This document shows, in pieces, positions 40,230 to 50,367 of a stretch of 64,000 bases of DNA. The notes under the pieces are model-generated. The model searched no databases. It saw only the letters and a program-made list of their open reading frames with translations, and was not told the origin of the DNA. Each line of letters starts with the position of its first letter. Within the stretch, counting starts at the first letter, position 1. The position numbers and the translations under genes were made by a program. Source of the DNA: a virus (lineage: Duplodnaviria > Caudoviricetes); the IMG/VR virus record IMGVR_UViG_3300035497_000279, positions 64,001 through 128,000 of that record. The stretch is one strand, 5' to 3'.

Positions 40230-40976
40230 ATGGCAATCAATAAAGCTACATTAGCTAAAGAGATCGATGGTATAATCGAGTATATTTACCCTAAGACTTC
40301 TGGCGATATTGTTGTGTATGATGAAACTCATAGTGTAAGCACCATGATTCAATCCTTAGTAAATAATAAAGTTGATAAGGAAGACAATAAGGGATTGTCT
40401 ACTAATGACTTTACTAATTACTATAAGAATATATTGGACAATTATGAGAGCAAAGACGATACTGTTAATATTACTATAGATAGTACTTTATCTAGTTCTA
40501 GTGAGAATGCTGTTCAAAATAAAGTATTGACATCTAAATTTAATGAGATTCTTAATACTATTGGATCTACTGCATACATAACAGGAATCGGAGATGGAAC
40601 AATTACAAACGCTATTAAGTATGTAAAGGACTCTATTGAGACTTCATCTTCAAAAAATGAAGAATCATATAAAACCCTTACCCAGAGTATTGCTGATGTA
40701 AAGGCTTCTAGAGAACCCACACATACAATCGTAGCTTATACATTAAAGGCTAGTGGTTGGGAAAATGGTAAGTATTCTTTGGAAGCAGACTATTCATCTT
40801 CTAAGTATAATGTGTATATTGATAAGGGTGTTAATGTAACTCAGGATCAAAATGATGCACTTGCTGCGGCTAATATTTCTAGCTCTATTGGCAATAATAT
40901 TCTTACAGTAAATGGTACTGTACCAACAATTGATATCCCTGTAACGCTTGAAGTTGTGGATATCTCTGATACTTAA
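40230..40976 (+). CDS. tail-fibre-related protein (YPKTS module)
   Basis: KEIDGIIEYIYPKTSGD; KVDK..KGLSTNDFT, DSTLS..SENAVQNK and IGDGTIT fibre motifs; GTVPTIDI. Confidence 0.65.
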   Translation: MAINKATLAKEIDGIIEYIYPKTSGDIVVYDETHSVSTMIQSLVNNKVDKEDNKGLSTNDFTNYYKNILDNYESKDDTVNITIDSTLSSSSENAVQNKVLTSKFNEILNTIGSTAYITGIGDGTITNAIKYVKDSIETSSSKNEESYKTLTQSIADVKASREPTHTIVAYTLKASGWENGKYSLEADYSSSKYNVYIDKGVNVTQDQNDALAAANISSSIGNNILTVNGTVPTIDIPVTLEVVDISDT

Positions 40977-41011
40977 TAATTAAATCTTAGTAAAGGTTAG
41001 GTGAATGATAT

Positions 41012-41470
41012 ATGGGAAATGAAATTGAAAAGTGTGATACATATATAAATATTAAGCGTTTTAAGAGTTTTTCTATGGGGAAGACATTTAATATTCCATT
41101 TGGTACTAAATGTATTTGTAACTCTGATGGATTAATTATCAGAGAAAATAAAGATGGAGATAATGACATATTGTGTTATTTTAAATCTGAAAATGCATAC
41201 AGATACTTTGTACCTATGATAGATGATCATTGGCTTGAAAGAGGTAATTTACAGAAAGCTATTTGGAATAAGATAGATTCTACTGTATCATCAGTGGAAA
41301 TTCATGATAAATGCTTTGATATTTTATTAGAAGACACTATTGCAAATAAATATAGAAAGATGAACGATGATGTTGATAGATCTATGTTTAATTGGGACCG
41401 TTTGAAATTTAACTATGCACCATTATATGATTTGCAACATATGTGGTCTATTATAAAAGATGTAAAATAG
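41012..41470 (+). CDS. hypothetical protein of tail-fibre gene clusters
   Basis: NIPFGT..LC..SENA..F..ERG pattern recalled from Firmicute phage tail regions. Confidence 0.55.
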   Translation: MGNEIEKCDTYINIKRFKSFSMGKTFNIPFGTKCICNSDGLIIRENKDGDNDILCYFKSENAYRYFVPMIDDHWLERGNLQKAIWNKIDSTVSSVEIHDKCFDILLEDTIANKYRKMNDDVDRSMFNWDRLKFNYAPLYDLQHMWSIIKDVK

Positions 41471-41487
41471 AAAAGGAGGATTAAAAA

Positions 41488-41715
41488 ATGGACGAGAATG
41501 AAAATGAGAAAACAGTTCAAACTGAGTATGAGCAGATCATGCAGGTTCTTGCTTCAATGAGAAATTTGATGCAGAGTATTAAGAAAGATCTTAGTGACTT
41601 TATTGATCTTAGACATGAAGAGAGTACCACATCCATTACTGAATCTCAGTTAGCATTAGCAGAGCTTGCTGAAATGTTAGCTGATGGTTCTTCTACAGAA
41701 GAGGAGGTAAAGTAA
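41488..41715 (+). CDS. putative tail-fibre assembly chaperone (XkdW-like C-terminus)
   Basis: ESQLALAELAEM motif, followed directly by a CD1375/XkdX-like small gene. Confidence 0.55.
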   Translation: MDENENEKTVQTEYEQIMQVLASMRNLMQSIKKDLSDFIDLRHEESTTSITESQLALAELAEMLADGSSTEEEVK

Positions 41716-41716
41716 T

Positions 41717-41842
41717 ATGGCTAAAGTATATTATAATCTTATCAAGAATGAAAATATTGATTTCACTATTGATTATGTACCTGAGAGGTGGAAAGCAGCT
41801 GTACAGAAACTGCTTGATGAAGATAAGGATAATTCTATTTAA
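41717..41842 (+). CDS. CD1375/XkdX-like small protein, 41 aa (MAKVYYNLIKNENIDFTIDYVPERWKAAVQKLLDEDKDNSI), not in the ORF track
   Basis: Translated by hand; GGAGGT ribosome-binding site; MAKVYY.LIK..TID.VP.RW..V motif. Confidence 0.7.
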   Translation: MAKVYYNLIKNENIDFTIDYVPERWKAAVQKLLDEDKDNSI

Positions 41843-41860
41843 TTATGGGTGGTGATAATC

Positions 41861-43828
41861 ATGTCTGCAATTGTTAGAAACATAGGAGAACAAATGACTG
41901 CCTCTGCAACTGCAACATCGATTATTGTAGATACATTACCCACTAAGATAGACTACAAAGTCGGAGAGATTTTAGATCTCTCCGGCATGATCGTATCTAT
42001 ACAATATGATGACGGAAGCTCTGAGCAGATTTCAAATTATACCACACATCCTGATAATGGAGCTACACTTACAAAACTTGATGATGTAGTATCAGTATCT
42101 TGGGTATCTGATGATGGAATTACAGAAGCTGTATCATTTGATATCAATGTAAAATACGTAAAAGGAATTAGTGTTGTTGATACTCCTACAAAAACATCGT
42201 ATGTTGCTGGAGAAACATTTAGCTCAAGTGGACTTACTGTATACAAAAATTATTCTGATGGAACATCTGAGCAAATTACTGACTATTCTTTATCTGATAT
42301 AGTAGATGGAACGATTGTTAGTAAGAATACTGATACTACTGTAGACGTTAGTTATACTGATGAATATGATGAAACTTTTAGTACATCATTTAATATTAGT
42401 GTAAAATATGTTACAGGAATTACTATAACAACTAACCCTACAAAAACATCGTATACTGCTGGAGATTCACTTAGTTTAAGTGGAATGGTAGTTAAGAAAA
42501 ATTACTCAGATAATACATCTGAGGAAATTACTGATTATACTACATCTCCTGCTAAGGGAGCTACTCTTACTAAGTCTGATAGCACTGTAACTGTTAGTTA
42601 CACTACCAATAGTGAAACTTTTACTACCTCTTATAGTATTACTGTAAAGTATGTAACTGGTATTACTGTTTCAACCAAGCCTACAACAACATCATACTAT
42701 GCTGGAGATACTCTTGATTTAACTGGAATGGTGGTTAAGAAGAAATATTCAGATGGCACAACTTCAACCATAACTGGTTATACCACATCACCTTCTGAAT
42801 ATTCAACACTTATTAAGTCTGATACTAGCGTTACTGTAAAATATACTACCGATGGTAGTACTTTTACTACATCATTTAGTATTACTGTAGCATATGTTAC
42901 AGGGATTAAAGTGTATACGAAGCCAACTACAACTACCTACACAGCTGGTGCTAAGCTAAGTACATCCGGAATGGTTATCCATAAAGTGTATAGTGATAAT
43001 ACTAGTGTTAAGATTACCAATTGGACTACATCCCCTACCAATGGATCAACATTGAGTACATCAAATACAAAGATTACAATTACAGCCACTGTTGATAGTA
43101 CTAGTTATACTTGTACCCAGAGTATTACAGTTAAGGCTGCTATTGCATATTGGGCTACCAGTACATATTCGGCTATTTCAACCTTTTTAAGTTCTGTAGA
43201 TAATGGTGATTATAGTATTTCTTCATATTGGTCTGTTGGTGATGAGAGAACTATTACTCTTAGTGATGATGATAGTACCGAACTTACATTTGTTGTAGAG
43301 GATTTAAATGGTAGCACATCTGGCGGAACTAAATACCATGCTATTATTGGACAAAAGGAAATATACGATGACCTCACCAAATTCGCAAGTTCAACTGTTA
43401 CTGGATATAATAATTCAGATATAAAAACATATCTGAACGATACTTATTATACATATTTACCTTCTACATTTAAAAACATAATTAAATCTAGTAGCCATAT
43501 TGCAGGCACTACTTCTGGTTCTACTCAAACAGTCTCTAGTGTTAAATTTGTATTGCGCTCAGAAAAAGAAGTTATTGGTGAATGTACATATTCTGTATCT
43601 ACTGAAGCTAGTAAATGTAAACAATTTACATATTATGCTACAACTAGTAATAGAATTAAATACTGGGATAGTAATAGCACAAATAATAGAATTAGAACCC
43701 ATGAATACTGGACTAGATCATGTTGCACGGCCAGTAGTACCCCAGGTGTATGTATAGCTAGTGATGGAGATTCATGGGCCTGTAACCAAGGTAAAAATGA
43801 GGGAGTATCTCCATTCTGTTGTATTTAA
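41861..43828 (+). CDS. adhesin paralog 1: 5 Ig-like (Big_3-type) domains + DUF6273/CLec-like tip
   Basis: Repeats of I-x-V-x-x-P-x-K-T-x-Y-x-x-G-D/E-x-L-D-L-x-G-M-V-V; tip motifs YWSVGDER, YWTRS, GVSPFCCI. Confidence 0.75.
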   Translation: MSAIVRNIGEQMTASATATSIIVDTLPTKIDYKVGEILDLSGMIVSIQYDDGSSEQISNYTTHPDNGATLTKLDDVVSVSWVSDDGITEAVSFDINVKYVKGISVVDTPTKTSYVAGETFSSSGLTVYKNYSDGTSEQITDYSLSDIVDGTIVSKNTDTTVDVSYTDEYDETFSTSFNISVKYVTGITITTNPTKTSYTAGDSLSLSGMVVKKNYSDNTSEEITDYTTSPAKGATLTKSDSTVTVSYTTNSETFTTSYSITVKYVTGITVSTKPTTTSYYAGDTLDLTGMVVKKKYSDGTTSTITGYTTSPSEYSTLIKSDTSVTVKYTTDGSTFTTSFSITVAYVTGIKVYTKPTTTTYTAGAKLSTSGMVIHKVYSDNTSVKITNWTTSPTNGSTLSTSNTKITITATVDSTSYTCTQSITVKAAIAYWATSTYSAISTFLSSVDNGDYSISSYWSVGDERTITLSDDDSTELTFVVEDLNGSTSGGTKYHAIIGQKEIYDDLTKFASSTVTGYNNSDIKTYLNDTYYTYLPSTFKNIIKSSSHIAGTTSGSTQTVSSVKFVLRSEKEVIGECTYSVSTEASKCKQFTYYATTSNRIKYWDSNSTNNRIRTHEYWTRSCCTASSTPGVCIASDGDSWACNQGKNEGVSPFCCI

Positions 43829-43909
43829 TTAAATCATATTGTATATAAATTTCCTAATATTATATTTACTCGATATATAAAGCATAAAAATAAGAAAGGA
43901 AAATAAGCT

Positions 43910-45916
43910 ATGTCTGCAATCGCTAGAAATTGCGGTGGAGCATTACCCGTCGCAAAGATACTTCATGTAACTGCACCTGCTAAGACTAGCTACGCTTCTG
44001 GAGATAAATTAAATCTTTCCGGAATGTCTGTAACTGTCGAATATACTGATGGTAATATTGAAGAAGTTACTGATTTTAGTACATCTCCCGCTAATGGTGC
44101 TAAGCTTACTAAAGGTACCAATATAGTTAACGTCAATTGGACTGACGAAGATGGTTACACTTTAACTGCATCATTCGGTATTACAGTGAAATATGTAATA
44201 GATATTTTTATTACAAGTAATGCTAAACATACTGTTTTTGATGTAGGTGATTTTCTTAATACTAATGGGTTGGAAGTTTCTGCTAAATATTCTGATAATA
44301 GTTCTAAACCTATAGATATTAATAGTTTATCATTCTCTCCTGAAGAGCAAGCTCAACTTAAGCTGGGAGATGATGAAGTTAGAATTTATTATGAGTGTGA
44401 TGACGGAGAATTTGCTATTTTATACCCAATATCAGTGGCACTTCCAACAATTGCTGTTACAACATTGCCTAAAAAGACTAGTTATATAGAAGGAGAAATT
44501 TTAGATTACACTGGTATAGGTATTACTTTACAATATAATACTGGTGAAACTGAAGATATTAGTAATTCAACATCTACTTCTATATATCCATATAATGAAA
44601 CTGAAGTTGATAAAGATAAGACAGATATTACTGTAACTTATAATGACGTATTTGGTAATACCATGACTACATCATTCAAAATAACTGTAGCGTCAATGAC
44701 AGGTATTAAAGTAGTATCCAAACCAAATATAACTACTTATGTTAAAAACCAACATGTTAACACTGATGGTCTTGTAGTTTATGCTGAATATGACAATGGT
44801 GCATCTAAAGAGATTACTGATTATACTACATCTCCTGCTAATGGGACTGAGCTTACTGATACCACTACTGTAACAGAAATAGTTGTTAATTATACAGATA
44901 GTAGTGGTAAAACTTTTAGTGATTCTATACCTATTGAATATAACGCTGTTAAACAGATTATGTTCAATAGTGTTAGTATTATAGATGAAATAATCTACCC
45001 AGGTACAAAACTTGATTATGAAGATTATAATATTGAAATTGTTGGTATTTGTTATGATGGAAGTAGTTTTACTTTATCGGAAGATGAATACACTTTATCT
45101 CCTGCTGATGGTACTAAATTAACTGTAGATGATAAAGAAATTATAGCTACTGCTACTCTTAGTGGAGAAACATTCACAGTATCTTATCCTATCACAGTAG
45201 CATATGATACTGCTAAATGGACATCATCAACATACTCAACTATTAAAAAATTCCTTTCTTCATGTGATGCTGGAGTTTATGATATTAAATCATATTGGTC
45301 AGTTGGTGATGAAAGAAGTATAACTTTTAGTAGTAATACTGTTGGTGAAACTGTTACAGGAGTTGTAATGGATTTAGATGGTACTACATCTGGTGGAACT
45401 AAATATCATGCTATTATTGGTCAGAAGAATTGTTTGAAGACCACTATGGCAATGACCAATTATAGTGATGGGACAACTTATGGTGGGTATCTTAATTCAC
45501 CTGTACCTACTTATTTAACTGGAACTTATTATAAAGGTATTACATCATCTTTAAAAGATATGATTATTCTAAGTGACCATATATGTGGTTTTGGTGGTGA
45601 AGATACAACAGATATATATGACCCAATACAATTAGTTCGTGACTATATTATTCTGCCTTCTGAAATGGAAGTAATTGGGTATAATAGGTATTCTTCTCCA
45701 AATGAAACACTTATGTGTAAACAATTTGAATGGTATAAAACAACAGCCAATTGTATAAAAACTCTTGGAAATAGCTCAACAACAAAAACTGTTTGGACAC
45801 TTAGATCGCCAGTATTAGGATCATCAACTGCATATTGTGCTGTTGATACATCTGGGATGTATACCTCTTATGATGCAAGTACCAAAGGTGGTATTTCACC
45901 ATTTTTCTGCATATAA
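43910..45916 (+). CDS. adhesin paralog 2: 5 Ig-like domains + DUF6273-like tip
   Basis: Same architecture; WTLRS, GISPFFCI. Confidence 0.75.
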   Translation: MSAIARNCGGALPVAKILHVTAPAKTSYASGDKLNLSGMSVTVEYTDGNIEEVTDFSTSPANGAKLTKGTNIVNVNWTDEDGYTLTASFGITVKYVIDIFITSNAKHTVFDVGDFLNTNGLEVSAKYSDNSSKPIDINSLSFSPEEQAQLKLGDDEVRIYYECDDGEFAILYPISVALPTIAVTTLPKKTSYIEGEILDYTGIGITLQYNTGETEDISNSTSTSIYPYNETEVDKDKTDITVTYNDVFGNTMTTSFKITVASMTGIKVVSKPNITTYVKNQHVNTDGLVVYAEYDNGASKEITDYTTSPANGTELTDTTTVTEIVVNYTDSSGKTFSDSIPIEYNAVKQIMFNSVSIIDEIIYPGTKLDYEDYNIEIVGICYDGSSFTLSEDEYTLSPADGTKLTVDDKEIIATATLSGETFTVSYPITVAYDTAKWTSSTYSTIKKFLSSCDAGVYDIKSYWSVGDERSITFSSNTVGETVTGVVMDLDGTTSGGTKYHAIIGQKNCLKTTMAMTNYSDGTTYGGYLNSPVPTYLTGTYYKGITSSLKDMIILSDHICGFGGEDTTDIYDPIQLVRDYIILPSEMEVIGYNRYSSPNETLMCKQFEWYKTTANCIKTLGNSSTTKTVWTLRSPVLGSSTAYCAVDTSGMYTSYDASTKGGISPFFCI

Positions 45917-45968
45917 TAACCTAAATAATAAAACTAATCAATAATACTAGAATGAAAGGAAGAGAGCT

Positions 45969-47483
45969 ATGTCTGCAATCGTTAGATATTGTGGTGGTAG
46001 TGTAATAGATAATTCTGATTCTACTACTGTAACTGCAAAAGTACTTCATGTAACTGCACCTGCTAAGACTAGCTACAATGCTGGAGATATTTTAGATATC
46101 TCTGGCATAATTGTAACTGTAGAATATAGCGATGGTACAACTAAACAAGTTGATGATTTTAGTACATATCCGTATAATGGAACTGCAATTTCTAAGAACA
46201 CTAGTAGTGTTTCAGTAAATTGGAGTGATGAAAATGGTACTAGTCTTGCATCATCATTTGACATTAGTGTAAAGTATGTGACAGGAATCAATGTAGATAC
46301 TTTACCAAATAAAACCATGTATGTTGAAGGTAATACTATTGATCTTACTGGATTAGTAGTATCTGCCAAGTATTCTGATGGAACATCAGAAACCATTTCT
46401 GGCTATACAACATCTCCTGCTAATAGTGCTGAAGTTTCTAGAAATGATTCTAAGGTTACTATTAGTTACACTATTAGTAATGAGACCTTTAATACATCTT
46501 ATGATATTACTGTAAAATATGTTACAGGAATTAAGGTTACTACACCTCCAACTAAAACTTCATATGCTGCTGGGGATAAATTAAGTACAGCTGGAATGGT
46601 TGTATCTTCAGTATATAGTGATAATACTACAGAAGATATTACAGATTATACTACATCTCCTGCTAATGGTGCCGCATTAAAATCATCAGATACTTCTATC
46701 TCAATTAGTGCCACAATAAATAATACTAAGTATACAACATCTCAGACTATTACTATTGCTCCTTCAGTTGCATATTGGGGGACTAGTAGTGCTGTAGAAA
46801 TTGCTGATTTCTTAGAGAAATGTGATGCTGGAACTTATGATATTAGTTCATACTGGTCTATTGGAGATGAAAGATATATGGAAATGTATCCATATAGTGA
46901 TGACGATACTGCTAATGTATCTGAAGATATCTCATATGTAATAGAAGATTTAGATGGTACTACATCTGGTGGGACTAAATATCATGCTATTATTGGTCAG
47001 AAGAATTGTTTGAGCATTGGAATTAAGATGAATAGTAGCAATGATAACCGTGGAGGCTACTCAAACACTGATATGTGTGTATATCTTGAAGGTACTTATG
47101 AATCTAAATTCCCAGAGGATTTACTTAAACTCATTATACCAAGTAATCATATTTCAGGCAATGGTTCTAGTGGAACTCAGACAAATAATAATGTTAAATT
47201 CATACTGCATTCGGAGAAAGAAATTCTTGGTGACTGTGTGAATTCTATTCAAGATGAAGCTAGTGCATGTAAGATGTTTAAATACTATGCTATAAGTAGT
47301 AACCGTATAAAGAAGTTAGGAGAATCAGGAATTGATACTAACTGGTGGTTAAGATCTAGTGGTTCAGGATATTCTTATTCATTCTGTACTATAACTGGAT
47401 CTGGAAGTTCTGGTTCAACTGCTGCTGGTGGTATAGGTTATTGTACTACTGAAAATGGTGTTGCACCATTCGCTTGCATTTAA
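45969..47483 (+). CDS. adhesin paralog 3: 3 Ig-like domains + DUF6273-like tip
   Basis: Same architecture; WWLRS, GVAPFACI. Confidence 0.75.
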   Translation: MSAIVRYCGGSVIDNSDSTTVTAKVLHVTAPAKTSYNAGDILDISGIIVTVEYSDGTTKQVDDFSTYPYNGTAISKNTSSVSVNWSDENGTSLASSFDISVKYVTGINVDTLPNKTMYVEGNTIDLTGLVVSAKYSDGTSETISGYTTSPANSAEVSRNDSKVTISYTISNETFNTSYDITVKYVTGIKVTTPPTKTSYAAGDKLSTAGMVVSSVYSDNTTEDITDYTTSPANGAALKSSDTSISISATINNTKYTTSQTITIAPSVAYWGTSSAVEIADFLEKCDAGTYDISSYWSIGDERYMEMYPYSDDDTANVSEDISYVIEDLDGTTSGGTKYHAIIGQKNCLSIGIKMNSSNDNRGGYSNTDMCVYLEGTYESKFPEDLLKLIIPSNHISGNGSSGTQTNNNVKFILHSEKEILGDCVNSIQDEASACKMFKYYAISSNRIKKLGESGIDTNWWLRSSGSGYSYSFCTITGSGSSGSTAAGGIGYCTTENGVAPFACI

Positions 47484-47513
47484 TTATATTAATAAACCAA
47501 TACATCATGAATC

Positions 47514-47538
47514 CAATAAAGCATTACGCTTTATTGGG
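47514..47538 (+). terminator. hairpin CCAATAAAGC-attac-GCTTTATTGG inside the adhesin array
   Basis: 10-bp stem, extendable with G-U pairs, between paralogs 3 and 4. Confidence 0.6.
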
Positions 47539-47609
47539 TTTATGGTATTATTATTTAAAATATATAGCACTAGTGCTAAAATAATTTTATAGATTGAAGG
47601 TGATATTAA

Positions 47610-48587
47610 ATGTCTTTAATTATTAGAAATAATCCTACAGGTAAAAATAAATCTGTAGAATCAATTGAGATTATATCTCCGCCTACAAAGACTAAGTATA
47701 AAGATGGTGAAACTATAAATTTAGATGGAATGATAGTGGCAAAAAAATATGATGATAACAGTTTTGAAATGGTTACAGATTATGCCGCTACTCCAGCCAA
47801 TGGAGAAACATATGCAGCAGATACAATAGAATCAATCACAGTAACTGTTACTATAGATGAAACAGAATATACTTGTTCTCAAAATATTACTAATATTCCT
47901 AACGATATTGCATATTGGGGGACTAGTTATTTCAGTGATATCAAAACATTTTTAGCAGCATGTGATGATGGAGTATATGATATTAAATCATATTGGTCGG
48001 TTGGTGATGAAAGAGGTATTGATTATACTGATGGATATGATAATATATTTGTAGTTGAAGATTTAGATGGTACTACATCTGGTGGAACTAAATATCATGC
48101 TATTATTGGAGAGAAAAATTCTAATTATTACAATCACATGTTTAATACAACAGATTATGATACTAGCGGTGGGTATAATGGTACTGAAATGAAAACCTAT
48201 ATTGATGATACTTATTATACTTATATACCTTCTCAATTTAGAAAAATAATAAAAAAATCAGATCATATTTCAGGAGCTGGTGCGTCTGGGATACAAACAA
48301 CCTCTGGAGTTAAATTCATACTGCATTCAGAGAAAGAAATTTTAGGCAAATGTGAATATTCTGTCCAAGAAGAGGCTGATGCATGTAAACAGTTTGAGTA
48401 CTTTAAAACAAGTTCTAATAGAATAAAAGATGATTATTGGTGGACAAGATCTACAAAATCAAATACTCAATACCAATTCTGCGCAATTAATAAAACAGGA
48501 GATAGTTACGGAGCATATGCTGGTCTTAATTCTTCTGGCGTTGGTGATGGAGTAGGATTAGGTATTATTGCATTTTGTTGTATTTAG
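47610..48587 (+). CDS. adhesin paralog 4: 1 Ig-like domain + DUF6273-like tip
   Basis: Same architecture; WWTRS, GIIAFCCI. Confidence 0.75.
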   Translation: MSLIIRNNPTGKNKSVESIEIISPPTKTKYKDGETINLDGMIVAKKYDDNSFEMVTDYAATPANGETYAADTIESITVTVTIDETEYTCSQNITNIPNDIAYWGTSYFSDIKTFLAACDDGVYDIKSYWSVGDERGIDYTDGYDNIFVVEDLDGTTSGGTKYHAIIGEKNSNYYNHMFNTTDYDTSGGYNGTEMKTYIDDTYYTYIPSQFRKIIKKSDHISGAGASGIQTTSGVKFILHSEKEILGKCEYSVQEEADACKQFEYFKTSSNRIKDDYWWTRSTKSNTQYQFCAINKTGDSYGAYAGLNSSGVGDGVGLGIIAFCCI

Positions 48588-48618
48588 GTAATATATTAAG
48601 AATAAGAAGGTGATAACT

Positions 48619-50340
48619 ATGTCTGCAATTGTTAGGAATACTGGAGGTAATGGAGGAGTATCCAGGAAACCTGCACAATCAATCACTGTAACTACACCTC
48701 CAAATAAAACTTCATATAAAGCAGGAGAACTTTTAGACCTTACAGGATTAGTTGTTACAGCAGAATATTATAATGGAGATATAGATACTATTACAAGTTA
48801 TACTACATCTCCTGCTAATGGTGCTAAACTTACTAAAGATGATACTAGTGTTAGTATCGTATATACAGATAGTAAGGATAATACTACAATTACATCATTT
48901 CCTATTAATGTAGCATATGTAACTAGTATTAGTGTTACAGCACAACCTACAAAAACTAGCTATAAAGAAGGAGAATCTTTAGACCTTACAGGATTAGTTG
49001 TTACAGCAGATTATTCAGATAATACATCTGATGAAATTACTGATTATACTACATCTCCCACTAATGGAGCTAAACTTACTAAAGATGATACAACTATTAA
49101 CGTTAGTTATACAAATTATGAAAGTAATAGTATAGATACATCATTCACTATTGATGTAAAATATGTGACTAATGTAAGTATTACTAGTAATCCAACTAAA
49201 ACTACATACTATGAAGGAGATACTCTTGATTTAACCGGTATGGTAGTTACTGCATATTATAGTGATGATACTCATGAGACCACATTAGATTATACTACAT
49301 CCCCTAAAAATGGAGCAATACTTACTAGAAACGATACATACCTTAGTGTAAGTTATATATCACCTAGTGGTTCAGGATATGGATCAATGATTAATCTTAC
49401 TGTAAAATATATAAAAAGTATTACGTCATATAAGACAAGAACTACATACTATAATGGAGAAGAATTAAATCTATCCGATTTAACAGTATATGCTGTATAT
49501 AATACAGATAGCAGAAAAGAACTTTCTAGTTCAGATTACACTACATCTCCTGCTAAATGGACAAAATTAACCACATCAGACACTGAGATTGAAATTACTG
49601 CTACAATAAATGGTACTGAATATACATGCACTCAGAGTATTACCGTTAAACCTAATGTAATTGCCTATTGGGGAACAAGCTCTTTTGGTGATATTGCTGC
49701 GTTTTTGGCTGGATGTTGGAATGATACTTATAACATTGAATCATATTGGTCTGTTGGTGATGAAAGAAGCATAGAATTAGGCGGAGATATAAATGAGACT
49801 GTAACATATGTAGTGGAAGATTTAGTTGGAAATTCCAGTGGAGGTACATCATATAAAGCAGCTGTAGGACAAAAAAATTCTTTGAGTGAAAAAAGATCAA
49901 TGCATGATTCTAATACATTTATTAAATCATATATGTATTCAGATCTAAGAACTTGGTTGAATGATACATATTATAATTCAATACCGGAAGGATTTAAATA
50001 TATTATAAGAGGTCCACTTGATCGGTATAATGCCTATGATGGAAGTGCAGATTCTGATTTTGATTATTTCGTTTTGCATAATGAAATACAGGTTTTTGGT
50101 AATCAAACATTTGGAACTAGTGATGATATAGGAGAATTCTCAAGGCAATTTGAATGGTATAGCACTACAAGTAATCGTATAAAGAAGATAGGTGATTCTG
50201 GATCTGCTGGTATGTGGTGGCTTAGTGATTTTGAGACAAATAATACAGTTTATTGTGTAGTTGTTTCTGAAGATGGTACCAATGAATATAGAACTGGGAA
50301 AGGATCAAGTGTTGGTGTCGCTCCATATACTCAATTATAA
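48619..50340 (+). CDS. adhesin paralog 5: 4 Ig-like domains + DUF6273-like tip (most divergent tip)
   Basis: Same architecture; SDLRTWLN, WWLSD, GVAPYTQL. Confidence 0.75.
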   Translation: MSAIVRNTGGNGGVSRKPAQSITVTTPPNKTSYKAGELLDLTGLVVTAEYYNGDIDTITSYTTSPANGAKLTKDDTSVSIVYTDSKDNTTITSFPINVAYVTSISVTAQPTKTSYKEGESLDLTGLVVTADYSDNTSDEITDYTTSPTNGAKLTKDDTTINVSYTNYESNSIDTSFTIDVKYVTNVSITSNPTKTTYYEGDTLDLTGMVVTAYYSDDTHETTLDYTTSPKNGAILTRNDTYLSVSYISPSGSGYGSMINLTVKYIKSITSYKTRTTYYNGEELNLSDLTVYAVYNTDSRKELSSSDYTTSPAKWTKLTTSDTEIEITATINGTEYTCTQSITVKPNVIAYWGTSSFGDIAAFLAGCWNDTYNIESYWSVGDERSIELGGDINETVTYVVEDLVGNSSGGTSYKAAVGQKNSLSEKRSMHDSNTFIKSYMYSDLRTWLNDTYYNSIPEGFKYIIRGPLDRYNAYDGSADSDFDYFVLHNEIQVFGNQTFGTSDDIGEFSRQFEWYSTTSNRIKKIGDSGSAGMWWLSDFETNNTVYCVVVSEDGTNEYRTGKGSSVGVAPYTQL

Positions 50341-50367
50341 TCTATGAATAGGAAGGTGGTAATAATT

